Origin: a virus
UHGV virus genome: UHGV-0160150
Direction: 5' to 3' (one strand)
Length of the DNA stretch: 29,487 nt
Shown one piece after another: positions 1 through 6,483 of this stretch. The notes under the pieces were generated by a model. The model was given only the letters and a program-made list of their open reading frames with translations, searched no databases and was not told the DNA's origin. Each line of letters opens with the position of its first letter. The stretch's first letter is position 1. The position numbers and the translations under genes were made by a program.

Positions 1-466
1 TAGCGTCGCCAGTTGCCTGCCATTCGATAATCGCAGCCTGCATGACCAGAATGTTTTTCCCGATTAACAGGTCCAGTTCTTTGTACCGGTTGCGGATGTA
101 TGCATTCTCGCTTTGTAATTTTGCGTTGCGCTTCTCTGCGGCTTCCAGCTCAACACGCAGCTTCCCTACCGTTAGCGCAATTTCCTCGTTCTCCTGGTCG
201 CGTGATTTGATGTATTGCTGGTTTCTTTCCCGTTCATCCAGCAACGCCTGCACTACTTCAGGGTTGAAAGCTGCGATATAACGCGCGTTATTCTCTGCGT
301 TTTCCTGTCCATCAAAGCCGGTCCATTTGATAACGTCTTCACATCGTTTATCACCGGGTGTATGCACCGCATATGTACCAGTACCCGACGAAATAAATGC
401 GACCCATTCGCCCTGCGTGGCCTGTTTTGCTATCTCACGCAGTGCCTGATAGTCAATCTTGCTCAC
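1..466 (-). CDS. Partial CDS (3' end beyond window edge), early-left phage protein, possibly Ead/Ea22-like
   Basis: Found by reading the reverse strand; not on the ORF track because the stop lies outside the window. GTG start at 466 preceded by AAGGAGG, overlapping the upstream gene's stop (GTGA). Open frame of 155 codons to the edge; N-terminus [24 protein letters not shown]. Family assignment is from memory only. Confidence 0.4.
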   Translation of the reverse strand, partial: MSKIDYQALREIAKQATQGEWVAFISSGTGTYAVHTPGDKRCEDVIKWTGFDGQENAENNARYIAAFNPEVVQALLDERERNQQYIKSRDQENEEIALTVGKLRVELEAAEKRNAKLQSENAYIRNRYKELDLLIGKNILVMQAAIIEWQATGDA

Positions 467-1065
467 TGGTTGCCTCCTTTTCGAAGCTGGGCGGCGATAT
501 CTTCGAGAACGCCATCAGAGAATGAGCGGTCAAAATCGCCTTCCGGCGCATTAGCCATAAACTCAGTAGAGGTAAGAATCATCCGGGCAATATCCGCGGC
601 GTTCTTCGCAGTATCATCAATAAAACCAGCTTCCCAGGCAGCCAGCATTCTGTTCGCCACAAAGTAAGCGCCCTCCTTGCGTGCTTCAGTCTTCACTTCA
701 GCCAGGAAAGCATCGGTGGCTGGTGTTTGCGGCATCCCTCCATCTGTTGCGCAGATATACGCATCAGATATTTCATCCTGCTCGCCATCAAACACGTAGC
801 AACTCTGTGCGATAAATTTATTCAGCCCAGCATTCTCCGCTGCCAGTGCTGAAAACTTCTCGTGTGCCAACTTAACAGCAGAATCAGCCTGCTTAATTGA
901 CTCAATCGCTTTCTGTTGGTCTTCGGACAGAGCTGAAATCTTGGCCTCCGCTTCAGTAAATTTGCGTACCAGATATTCAGCATTTGTTTCGTTAACCTTT
1001 AAATCACATGGGATGCATTTACCTTTCAGAAAACCATCCATCTCAATTAGTGACATTTGTTTCAT
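463..1065 (-). CDS. Hypothetical phage early protein (~200 aa)
   Basis: Long minus-strand ORF (track 463..1083). ATG at 1065 (MKQMSL) has GGAG upstream and overlaps the stop of the preceding small ORF (ATGA); the track start at 1083 is GTG. No motif recognised. Confidence 0.55.
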   Translation of the reverse strand: MKQMSLIEMDGFLKGKCIPCDLKVNETNAEYLVRKFTEAEAKISALSEDQQKAIESIKQADSAVKLAHEKFSALAAENAGLNKFIAQSCYVFDGEQDEISDAYICATDGGMPQTPATDAFLAEVKTEARKEGAYFVANRMLAAWEAGFIDDTAKNAADIARMILTSTEFMANAPEGDFDRSFSDGVLEDIAAQLRKGGNQ

Positions 1066-1226
1066 TTCTTCCCACTCCGCCACATCGCATTCAGATATTT
1101 GTTGTCATTAACAGAACCGAAACTCTTTCTCTTAAGTAATTCCTCTCTCGATGGCATTGGCTTTACGCGTTGGCGAATAATCATTTCTGCCGGAAGAATG
1201 CCGGGATTGTATGCAAGTCCTCTCAT
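1062..1226 (-). CDS. Small hypothetical protein (~54 aa)
   Basis: Part of track ORF 1062..1259. The internal ATG at 1226 (MRGLAYN) is preceded by GAGGA at 8 nt; the stop is coupled to the downstream gene start. Confidence 0.3.
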   Translation of the reverse strand: MRGLAYNPGILPAEMIIRQRVKPMPSREELLKRKSFGSVNDNKYLNAMWRSGKK

Positions 1227-1236
1227 GGTAAATTCC

Positions 1237-1533
1237 TCAGTCATTACTGATAGCGCCATAGCGTGAGCGGTAATTACGCAGGCGCGGGTCGATATATTCA
1301 GGGAATTTGTCTATTGTCGCTTTTCGCAACGGTCTCATTGCTGTTTCGTTTGTTCGGTCCTTCTCCTGTTTTAGCGCGAGTTGTATATCGCGTCGGTACA
1401 TCCGTTCTGCTTTTGTTTCTGGTGTCAGAGCAAGAAACGCGTCGAAATTGTTTTTGATATTTTCCAGCACCTCCGCCTTGGAGCTACCGGAGCAATTGCG
1501 CGGGTCATCCGCACCATACAGAGGCGCTGGCAT
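1237..1533 (-). CDS. Hypothetical phage protein (98 aa)
   Basis: Minus-strand ORF in an operon-like array downstream of the DUF669-like gene, with an AAGG-type RBS. No domain recognised. Confidence 0.5.
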   Translation of the reverse strand: MPAPLYGADDPRNCSGSSKAEVLENIKNNFDAFLALTPETKAERMYRRDIQLALKQEKDRTNETAMRPLRKATIDKFPEYIDPRLRNYRSRYGAISND

Positions 1534-1556
1534 AATGGGAGCCTTATTTTCAATAA

Positions 1557-2144
1557 TCAGAAAGGAGGGTAATCGTTCTGGCTGTAACCATAATCATCTG
1601 CATGATTCTGGCTTACGTTTTTAGAGCGATTGTCTTTATCTTTGAGGCTGGCAACCATGTTGGCGATAGTTTCTGGTTGCTTGCCTTCCGCCTTTTCTTT
1701 AAGGGTTTGACCTGTTTGTGCAATAAACGGGATGCGTATTTCCATCTGGTAGCTGTCTGCGCCAGTCTTTTTGTTTGTGGTTAATACTTTCTGGAGCACT
1801 AACCCGATTTTCTTTCCATGAAACTCAGGAGCAACAAATTTACTGGCGGAAACCATATGTTGCGTTAATTGTCCAATCCCGGCACACCCCATCATGGCGT
1901 GAACGACATTTGCGCCAAATTTGTTTTCCGTTCCGTCATTTTTCTGAACACAGACGCTAAGATATTGGATTTTACGTCCGTCGTCGGATTCTCCAGAAAA
2001 CTCAATAAATTTGGCTCCTTTTTCTGATTGCTTTAGTTCTGCTTCAGTAATGGTAATGATATGGGCGCCAGTTTCGTTAATAAAACCACCTTGCCCTGCG
2101 GTCAGTGCTGCTTCTTCGTTATAAGTAAAAATCACGTTGCTCAT
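1557..2144 (-). CDS. DUF669-like phage protein, usual partner of Sak4 (putative SSB-like recombination accessory)
   Basis: 195-aa ORF whose ATG overlaps the Sak4 stop (ATGA at 2141-2144). The Sak4 plus DUF669 pairing is a recurrent phage recombination module; family assignment by context and size, not motif. Confidence 0.55.
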   Translation of the reverse strand: MSNVIFTYNEEAALTAGQGGFINETGAHIITITEAELKQSEKGAKFIEFSGESDDGRKIQYLSVCVQKNDGTENKFGANVVHAMMGCAGIGQLTQHMVSASKFVAPEFHGKKIGLVLQKVLTTNKKTGADSYQMEIRIPFIAQTGQTLKEKAEGKQPETIANMVASLKDKDNRSKNVSQNHADDYGYSQNDYPPF

Positions 2145-2821
2145 GCGGCGTTTTCCTTAATTTGATGAACATTATTGATGCCGTAGTAATCACAAACAGT
2201 GGCATCGACGAAAGAGAGATCGTTATCAATCTCATTGGAATCAAACATTCCCATTGGGGATTTGACAGTGTCTGCACCGTTGTTTTTCGTGGTGAAAAAG
2301 AACTGGTCATCGCGGGTAAGAGTGCGAAGAACTATAGTAAACATGCCTTCGACAGTGATTTTCTCGTCCAGCATTTTGCCGATAGTTTTCATTTTCACGC
2401 GCCCCATAGGGGTTTCTTCGGTATGTGCAAGAAAATAGACTCTCAGGTCATCAGGTGCATCCTGTGCAGCCTTAATCACCTCCCATGCGTGGCGGCCTAT
2501 CTCAGTAAATTTATCAAACGATTTTTCTTCTGAGCGGCGCATAAACTCATTGCTCATCACATACTGGAAGTCATCAACAATAACGATTCTTTTTCCGTAT
2601 TCGTGAGCACGCTTAATTGCAGCAACTATTACGTCCCATTTGTCAGTGGTAACTACGGTTCCTTTTTTTGCTCTGGCATCCCATGCAAGCCAGTCTTTTG
2701 ATTTAAATGGTAGCGGCTTGCCTATTGGTTTTATAAGTATTGCTTCCTCTGGATTGATATTTCTCATGCTGGTTGATTTTCCGGTGCCAGATTCACCGAG
2801 TATTAATGTCGCAGTTCCCAT
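2141..2821 (-). CDS. Sak4-like RecA-fold ATPase (phage single-strand annealing/recombination protein)
   Basis: 226 aa with N-terminal Walker A (LILGESGTGKST) and Walker B-like hydrophobic stretch ending in DD (RIVIVDDF). GAGG RBS. Occupies the slot lambda uses for bet/exo, downstream of kil. Confidence 0.75.
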   Translation of the reverse strand: MGTATLILGESGTGKSTSMRNINPEEAILIKPIGKPLPFKSKDWLAWDARAKKGTVVTTDKWDVIVAAIKRAHEYGKRIVIVDDFQYVMSNEFMRRSEEKSFDKFTEIGRHAWEVIKAAQDAPDDLRVYFLAHTEETPMGRVKMKTIGKMLDEKITVEGMFTIVLRTLTRDDQFFFTTKNNGADTVKSPMGMFDSNEIDNDLSFVDATVCDYYGINNVHQIKENAA

Positions 2822-2829
2822 AATTTGCC

Positions 2830-3030
2830 TCAGAATGGTAATTCGGATGGGCAGGAAAGAAATTCGCGCTCATTCATGCGCTCTCTTTGCGCCTGCCATA
2901 AACAAAGTTGTTTCTTTGATTTATCTCCCGCTTTACGCCAGTAACGAGCCTCAGCAATGTGATACTCTCTTTTTAATCGACTTAACTCTGGAGTTTTCGC
3001 CAGTTCTACCGGAATCATTTTGACCTCCAT
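2830..3030 (-). CDS. Small hypothetical protein (62-66 aa) in the gam-equivalent slot
   Basis: ORF between kil and Sak4. Two candidate starts (MEVKM... or MIPVE... with GGAGGT RBS). No motif recognised. Confidence 0.4.
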   Translation of the reverse strand: MEVKMIPVELAKTPELSRLKREYHIAEARYWRKAGDKSKKQLCLWQAQRERMNEREFLSCPSELPF

Positions 3031-3128
3031 TTTCTGTAGGCTTCTACGGCTTCACGAAACATCTTTTCATCGCCAATAAAAGTGGCGATAGTGAATTTAG
3101 TCTGGATAGCCATAAGTGTTTTATCCAT
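3015..3128 (-). CDS. kil: Kil-like small protein (host cell-division inhibitor)
   Basis: 37-aa frame MDKTLMAIQTKFTIATFIGDEKMFREAVEAYRKWRSK. ATG at 3128 sits in ATGGATAA, overlapping the cIII stop. Resembles lambda Kil from memory and lies directly downstream of cIII. Confidence 0.45.
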   Translation of the reverse strand: MDKTLMAIQTKFTIATFIGDEKMFREAVEAYRKWRSK

Positions 3129-3261
3129 TTTTGGGAACTCCTGGCTGATTAAGTATGTCGATAAGGCGTTTCCATCCATCACGTAATTTACGTGTGATTC
3201 GTTCAAGTAAAGATTCGGAAGGGCAGCCAGCAACAGGCCACCCTGCAATGGCATATTGCAT
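3121..3261 (-). CDS. cIII: CIII-like protein (FtsH protease inhibitor, stabilises CII)
   Basis: 46 aa MQYAIAGWPVAGCPSESLLERITRKLRDGWKRLIDILNQPGVPKNG, matching lambda CIII as I recall it. Strong RBS AAGGAG 6 nt before ATG at 3261. Confidence 0.65.
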   Translation of the reverse strand: MQYAIAGWPVAGCPSESLLERITRKLRDGWKRLIDILNQPGVPKNG

Positions 3262-3287
3262 GGTGTGCTCCTTATTTATACATAACG

Positions 3288-3310
3288 AAAAACGCCTCGA
3301 GTGAAGCGTT
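3288..3310 (-). terminator. Putative intrinsic terminator (minus strand), upstream of cIII
   Basis: Minus-strand hairpin AACGC...GCGTT followed by a TTTCGTT tract. Confidence 0.35.
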
Positions 3311-3321
3311 ATTGGTATGCA

Positions 3322-3348
3322 TATAAAAAGGCCCTCACACTGGAGGGC
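3322..3348 (-). terminator. Putative intrinsic terminator (minus strand), tL1-like position between ral and cIII
   Basis: Minus-strand hairpin GCCCTC-CAGTGT-GAGGGC followed by CTTTTTA. Confidence 0.5.
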
Positions 3349-3410
3349 AAAGAAGATTTCCAATAATCAGAACAAGTCGGCTCCTGTTTAGTTACGAGCG
3401 ACATTGCTCC

Positions 3411-3438
3411 GTGTATTCACTCGTTGGAATGAATACAC
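3411..3438. repeat. Perfect 9-bp inverted repeat GTGTATTCA / TGAATACAC with 10-nt loop
   Basis: Read directly; lies in the noncoding gap between ral-like and cIII. Confidence 0.6.
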
Positions 3439-3484
3439 AGTGCAGTGTTTATTCTGTTGTTTATGCCAAAAATAAAGGCCACCA

Positions 3485-3685
3485 TCAGGCAGCCTTGTTA
3501 TTCTGTTTACCAAGTTCTCTGGCAATCATTGCCGTCGTTCGTATTGCCCATTTATCGACATATTTCCCATCTTCCATTACAGGAAACATTTCTTCAGGCT
3601 TAACCATGCATTCCGATTGCAGCTTGCATCCATTGCATCGTTTGAATTGCCCACACCATTGATTTTTATCAATAGTCGTAGTCAT
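3485..3685 (-). CDS. ral: Small Cys-rich protein, Ral-like (restriction alleviation) candidate
   Basis: 66 aa MTTTIDKNQWCGQFKRCNGCKLQSEC... with four Cys in CX5CX2CX5C spacing. Size, position (between N side and cIII) and my recollection of lambda Ral fit; unverified. Confidence 0.45.
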   Translation of the reverse strand: MTTTIDKNQWCGQFKRCNGCKLQSECMVKPEEMFPVMEDGKYVDKWAIRTTAMIARELGKQNNKAA

Positions 3686-3755
3686 AAGGATAGTCCTGGT
3701 ATTGTTCCATCACATCCTGAGGATGCTCTTCGAACTCTTCAAATTCTTCTTCCAT
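3669..3755 (-). CDS. Tiny acidic ORF (28 aa), orf28-like position upstream of ral
   Basis: MEEEFEEFEEHPQDVMEQYQDYPYDYDY with GAGGTG RBS 5 nt before ATG at 3755. Overlaps the start of the ral-like gene in another frame. Below the ORF-track size cutoff; found by eye. Confidence 0.3.
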   Translation of the reverse strand: MEEEFEEFEEHPQDVMEQYQDYPYDYDY

Positions 3756-3936
3756 ATATCACCTCAAATAAGTGGTTTGCTGCCTAATTTCATTTTCTGG
3801 CGACCAACACAAGTCACACCCATTTCACTGCGTGGCTTGCGGTAGTAAAGATTGTGCCTGTCTTTTAACCACATCAGGCTCGGTGGTTCTCGTGTACCCC
3901 TACAGCGAGAAAAATAGTAAAATCCTCTTCACCCCC

Positions 3937-4299
3937 TTACTTTGTCAGGGGGATATCTCCTTCAGTTCTGACCATTCGCCTTAATACTTTCCTTAAGTCG
4001 ATGTAAAGTTGAATGTCTCCATTTGCTGCGGCATCAGCCATTTTTTGCCTGACAAGCAGTAATGTTTCATACGGCTCAATAAGAATATCGTCATGAGTAA
4101 TTAGGTGAAGCGTTGCCGCATCAACTATTCCTAGAGCTGCGCCAAGTATCAAAAATTCCCTGCTATTTTTGTCGCATGAGGAGATAAGCGTATTTAGCGC
4201 ATACCTAATATTCTTTATAGCTGTTGTTAATGCTGCAATTTCTTCTATGGCGTCTTCTTCAATGAGCTTTTTAAGCTCATATTTTTCTTCCTGACCCAT
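3937..4299 (-). CDS. Hypothetical AT-rich accessory protein (120 aa), immediately downstream of N
   Basis: Track ORF 3937..4383. Internal ATG at 4299 (MGQEEKYELKK) has GAGGT RBS and directly follows the N stop. No TM segment or recognised motif. AT-rich relative to neighbours. Confidence 0.55.
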   Translation of the reverse strand: MGQEEKYELKKLIEEDAIEEIAALTTAIKNIRYALNTLISSCDKNSREFLILGAALGIVDAATLHLITHDDILIEPYETLLLVRQKMADAAANGDIQLYIDLRKVLRRMVRTEGDIPLTK

Positions 4300-4301
4300 A
4301 A

Positions 4302-4571
4302 TTACCTCGCCGTCAGTTGTTTTGATTTCCGGTAGCCTGCCGCGTAAATAGCTACGTTTGGCAGGCAAATACTTCCACTGCATTCATCTGCCTTCTTGCA
4401 GCGAAGGCTTCCGAGTGATGCTGCTTTATCTGCTCTGACGCAACCAGAGAGCTTTAGCGCAATTTTTCGTGCCAATCGCTGTTCTTGCATTGCCTGTTCA
4501 CGTTGAGCCTGTCTGCGTGCTCTGCGGCGATTTCTGGCGTTATCATCAGCCAGATAAGTAACGATTATCAT
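4302..4571 (-). CDS. N: N-like transcription antiterminator (arginine-rich motif)
   Basis: 89 aa from ATG at 4571 (GGAGG RBS, 5-nt spacer). N-terminal ARM DDNARNRRRARRQAQREQ resembles lambda N's QTRRRERRAEKQAQW. First gene downstream of pL/nutL; matching nut sites are present on both operons. Confidence 0.65.
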   Translation of the reverse strand: MIIVTYLADDNARNRRRARRQAQREQAMQEQRLARKIALKLSGCVRADKAASLGSLRCKKADECSGSICLPNVAIYAAGYRKSKQLTAR

Positions 4572-5001
4572 GTTGACCTCCGATGATTGGCTTTGGTGAT
4601 TAGGTGGACGGTACTGATCTCCGGCTTGGTTAGTGCTTCGCCTGGTCATTATCACGCCTAGTGACCCCCTGAGGATCGTCTCCTCGCCAGTGCAGGTCAT
4701 ATCGCATCAGTCTGCGCATTCACCCAATCCCAAAGCCAACTACTCTTTGACTCACACTCTCGCAGTGAGCGCGCTCATGCCATTGAGTCTCTGCCGCTTC
4801 ATCGCCGCTGATAACCGGTGCGCGTCTGGCATTCGCGCTGCTTTACCGGAGCTACTTTTAATATATTGACCCTAACCCGATGCTAAGCAGGCTCGCTCAA
4901 TGGCGACTCAGGGCAGCATCATTACTGCTGCATTGCCTTTCGGCTGCGGTCTAACCGCGTTAGTGCACCATTACGGCACCTCCTGTTTGGTTAAACTCAG
5001 T

Positions 5002-5042
5002 TCCCGCATTTCGGCGGGACAATCCCATCAATGTTAAAGAGC
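5002..5042 (-). promoter_or_regulatory. nutL candidate (boxA-like GCTCTTTAACA plus boxB hairpin)
   Basis: Minus-strand transcript reads GCTCTTTAACA, a 12-nt spacer, then TCCCGCCGAAATGCGGGA; the same boxA and boxB occur on the plus strand after cro. Confidence 0.55.
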
Positions 5043-5084
5043 CTGCCAATCTGTTCCGTTTGGCTTCCAGCGTCCTGCTGATGG

Positions 5085-5175
5085 CTTAAAGATAACTTAG
5101 GTTATAGGTGTGGTCAATAACCTAATTTATATTTTATGGTAAATAAGTTATAAGTGATGGATAACAAAGGTATTT
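5085..5175 (-). promoter_or_regulatory. oL/pL: leftward early promoter with ATAAC-N4-GTTAT operators
   Basis: Perfect operator ATAACTTAGGTTAT at 5092-5105; imperfect copies at 5117-5130 and 5161-5174. Minus-strand -35 TTGACC (5112-5117), 17-bp spacer, -10 TATCTT (5089-5094). Confidence 0.5.
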
Positions 5176-5304
5176 TATTTTTGTAAATGTTGCTGATTGA
5201 TTGGTGTTTGAGGGCTTACGTGCGGGGTGAAGGTGTTACCTTTGGCTTGATGCTTGTCTATGATGAGGATGGTTGATTGGGTGGTGAACGGCAGGAAAAG
5301 AAAA

Positions 5305-5330
5305 CCCGGCGCTGAGGCCGGGTGTTTTTA
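5305..5330 (-). terminator. Intrinsic terminator ending the cI operon
   Basis: Hairpin CCCGGC-GCTGAG-GCCGGG with T-rich tracts on both sides (possibly bidirectional), immediately 3' of the 98-aa gene stop. Confidence 0.6.
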
Positions 5331-5624
5331 GTCTTTTCTTTTGCTTAGCATTTCGTCGATTTCTAAGTCAATACGATATTGATCTATTGCTTTTCTCTCG
5401 TTTGGGGTTGGTATTTTATACTGTTCAATTAGATCTGTTGTGTATTTTATTTCATCTAATGTGATTTTTATATCAGAGAGAATCTCTTTTATATCAATTA
5501 GATGCTCTTCTTCTTTTGCGCGATTAGAGCTATGTTCAATCATTTGAGATAGCTTTTTGCTAATGCTTAGCAAAACAAAAAGAATGATGACCAAAACAAC
5601 AACAAAAACTATCAGAAATTCCAT
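5328..5624 (-). CDS. Small membrane-anchored coiled-coil protein (98 aa) in the rexAB-equivalent slot; function unknown
   Basis: N-terminal hydrophobic helix (FLIVFVVVLVIILFVLLSI) followed by a charged, heptad-like region. GGAGGG RBS; 40 bp downstream of cI on the same strand. Markedly AT-rich. Followed at once by the terminator. Confidence 0.6.
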   Translation of the reverse strand: MEFLIVFVVVLVIILFVLLSISKKLSQMIEHSSNRAKEEEHLIDIKEILSDIKITLDEIKYTTDLIEQYKIPTPNERKAIDQYRIDLEIDEMLSKRKD

Positions 5625-5664
5625 TATCCCTCCGCACTTCCGTAAGTCTTCTTCTGATTATCGG

Positions 5665-6372
5665 TTACCAACTATGAGACGACCAGAATACTCTGCCAAT
5701 AATCCTTACGGTTTCATGAAATTCATCTCTATCCATTACTTCATCCGGGTACTCTTCGCGATTTATTGATCTGATTATCACCGATGTAGGGGTGGCGATT
5801 AATGTTTTTACTCGTAACAAATCAGACTGGCAAATAGCGTAGGTTTTACCATCTCTGATTGTGGTATCTTGCGTGTTAACACCAACAACATCGCCATCGT
5901 GAAGCGTTGGTTCCATGCTTTGCCCTACAACCCTAACTAGCTTGGCTGATCTTTCTGATACTCCCATCTTTTTCAGATAGTGCTTTCTGAAAACCAAAGA
6001 GAACTCCGATGATTCCTCTAGCTCGCAGCTACCGCTTCCAGCTGAAAGCGAAACGTTAAGAAGAGGCAACGCAACAAACTCGTCATCGTTTCTTTTAATG
6101 TCTTCCCATACCACAGCTTTTAAAGATGACTCACGGACATTGGATGGTTCTTCATGTGCACCATCCCTCATTTCACCAATACCAGAACTAAGCCATTCAG
6201 GACGCACTTTTAAAGCATTGGCTAATTCAACCATCTTGCGAGATCCGTTTGTTTTACCGGACGACATCTTCTGTATGGCTGGCTGAGATATTCCAACCAT
6301 GTCAGCAAGCTGTGATTGTGATACCCCTGCTGAGCTCATGGCTGCATTTAGTCTTTCTGCGAATGTTTTCAT
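5665..6372 (-). CDS. cI: CI-type prophage repressor (HTH plus LexA/S24-like autocleavage domain)
   Basis: 235 aa from ATG at 6372 (MKTFAERL); the track start at 6402 is TTG. HTH SQSQLADMVGISQPAIQKM; C-terminal S24-like region (GQSMEP serine context, conserved Lys). Apparently leaderless: pRM -10 TAGATT lies 7 nt upstream. Divergent from cro. Confidence 0.85.
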   Translation of the reverse strand: MKTFAERLNAAMSSAGVSQSQLADMVGISQPAIQKMSSGKTNGSRKMVELANALKVRPEWLSSGIGEMRDGAHEEPSNVRESSLKAVVWEDIKRNDDEFVALPLLNVSLSAGSGSCELEESSEFSLVFRKHYLKKMGVSERSAKLVRVVGQSMEPTLHDGDVVGVNTQDTTIRDGKTYAICQSDLLRVKTLIATPTSVIIRSINREEYPDEVMDRDEFHETVRIIGRVFWSSHSW

Positions 6373-6379
6373 ACTCACA

Positions 6380-6450
6380 AATCTATAACTACGGTTATCC
6401 AAAGTAAAATAACAAAGGTTATTGCTATTTTTTATAACTTGAGTTATCTT
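6380..6450. promoter_or_regulatory. oR with divergent pRM and pR; three perfect 14-bp operators ATAAC-N4-GTTAT
   Basis: Operators at 6385-6398, 6409-6422 and 6434-6447. pRM (minus): -10 TAGATT (6380-6385), -35 TTACTT (6402-6407). pR (plus): -35 TTGCTA (6422-6427), 17-bp spacer, -10 TATCTT (6445-6450), the same -10 as pL. Confidence 0.6.
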
Positions 6451-6483
6451 TGGTTATAAGTAATGACCACAAGAGGTATGCTC

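Noticed and set aside
42-667. Plus-strand ORFs 42..281 and 215..667
   Set aside because: Antisense to the coupled minus-strand early-left genes; no RBS, and they conflict with the translationally coupled operon structure.
4302-4700. Full 132-aa track ORF as the N gene
   Set aside because: The N-terminal 43 codons have no RBS, whereas the internal ATG at 4571 has GGAGG at ideal spacing and places the arginine-rich motif near the N-terminus as in known N proteins; the shorter 89-aa form is annotated.
4633-4869. 78-aa plus-strand ORF in the N leader
   Set aside because: Opposes the direction of the pL operon, has no RBS and a Ser/Pro-rich low-complexity translation; more likely structured leader sequence.
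6385-6447. Regularly spaced 14-bp repeats that could be mistaken for a mini CRISPR or iteron array
   Set aside because: They are perfect palindromes overlapping the divergent promoters between cI and cro, which fits repressor operators; no cas genes or spacer-like unique sequences.
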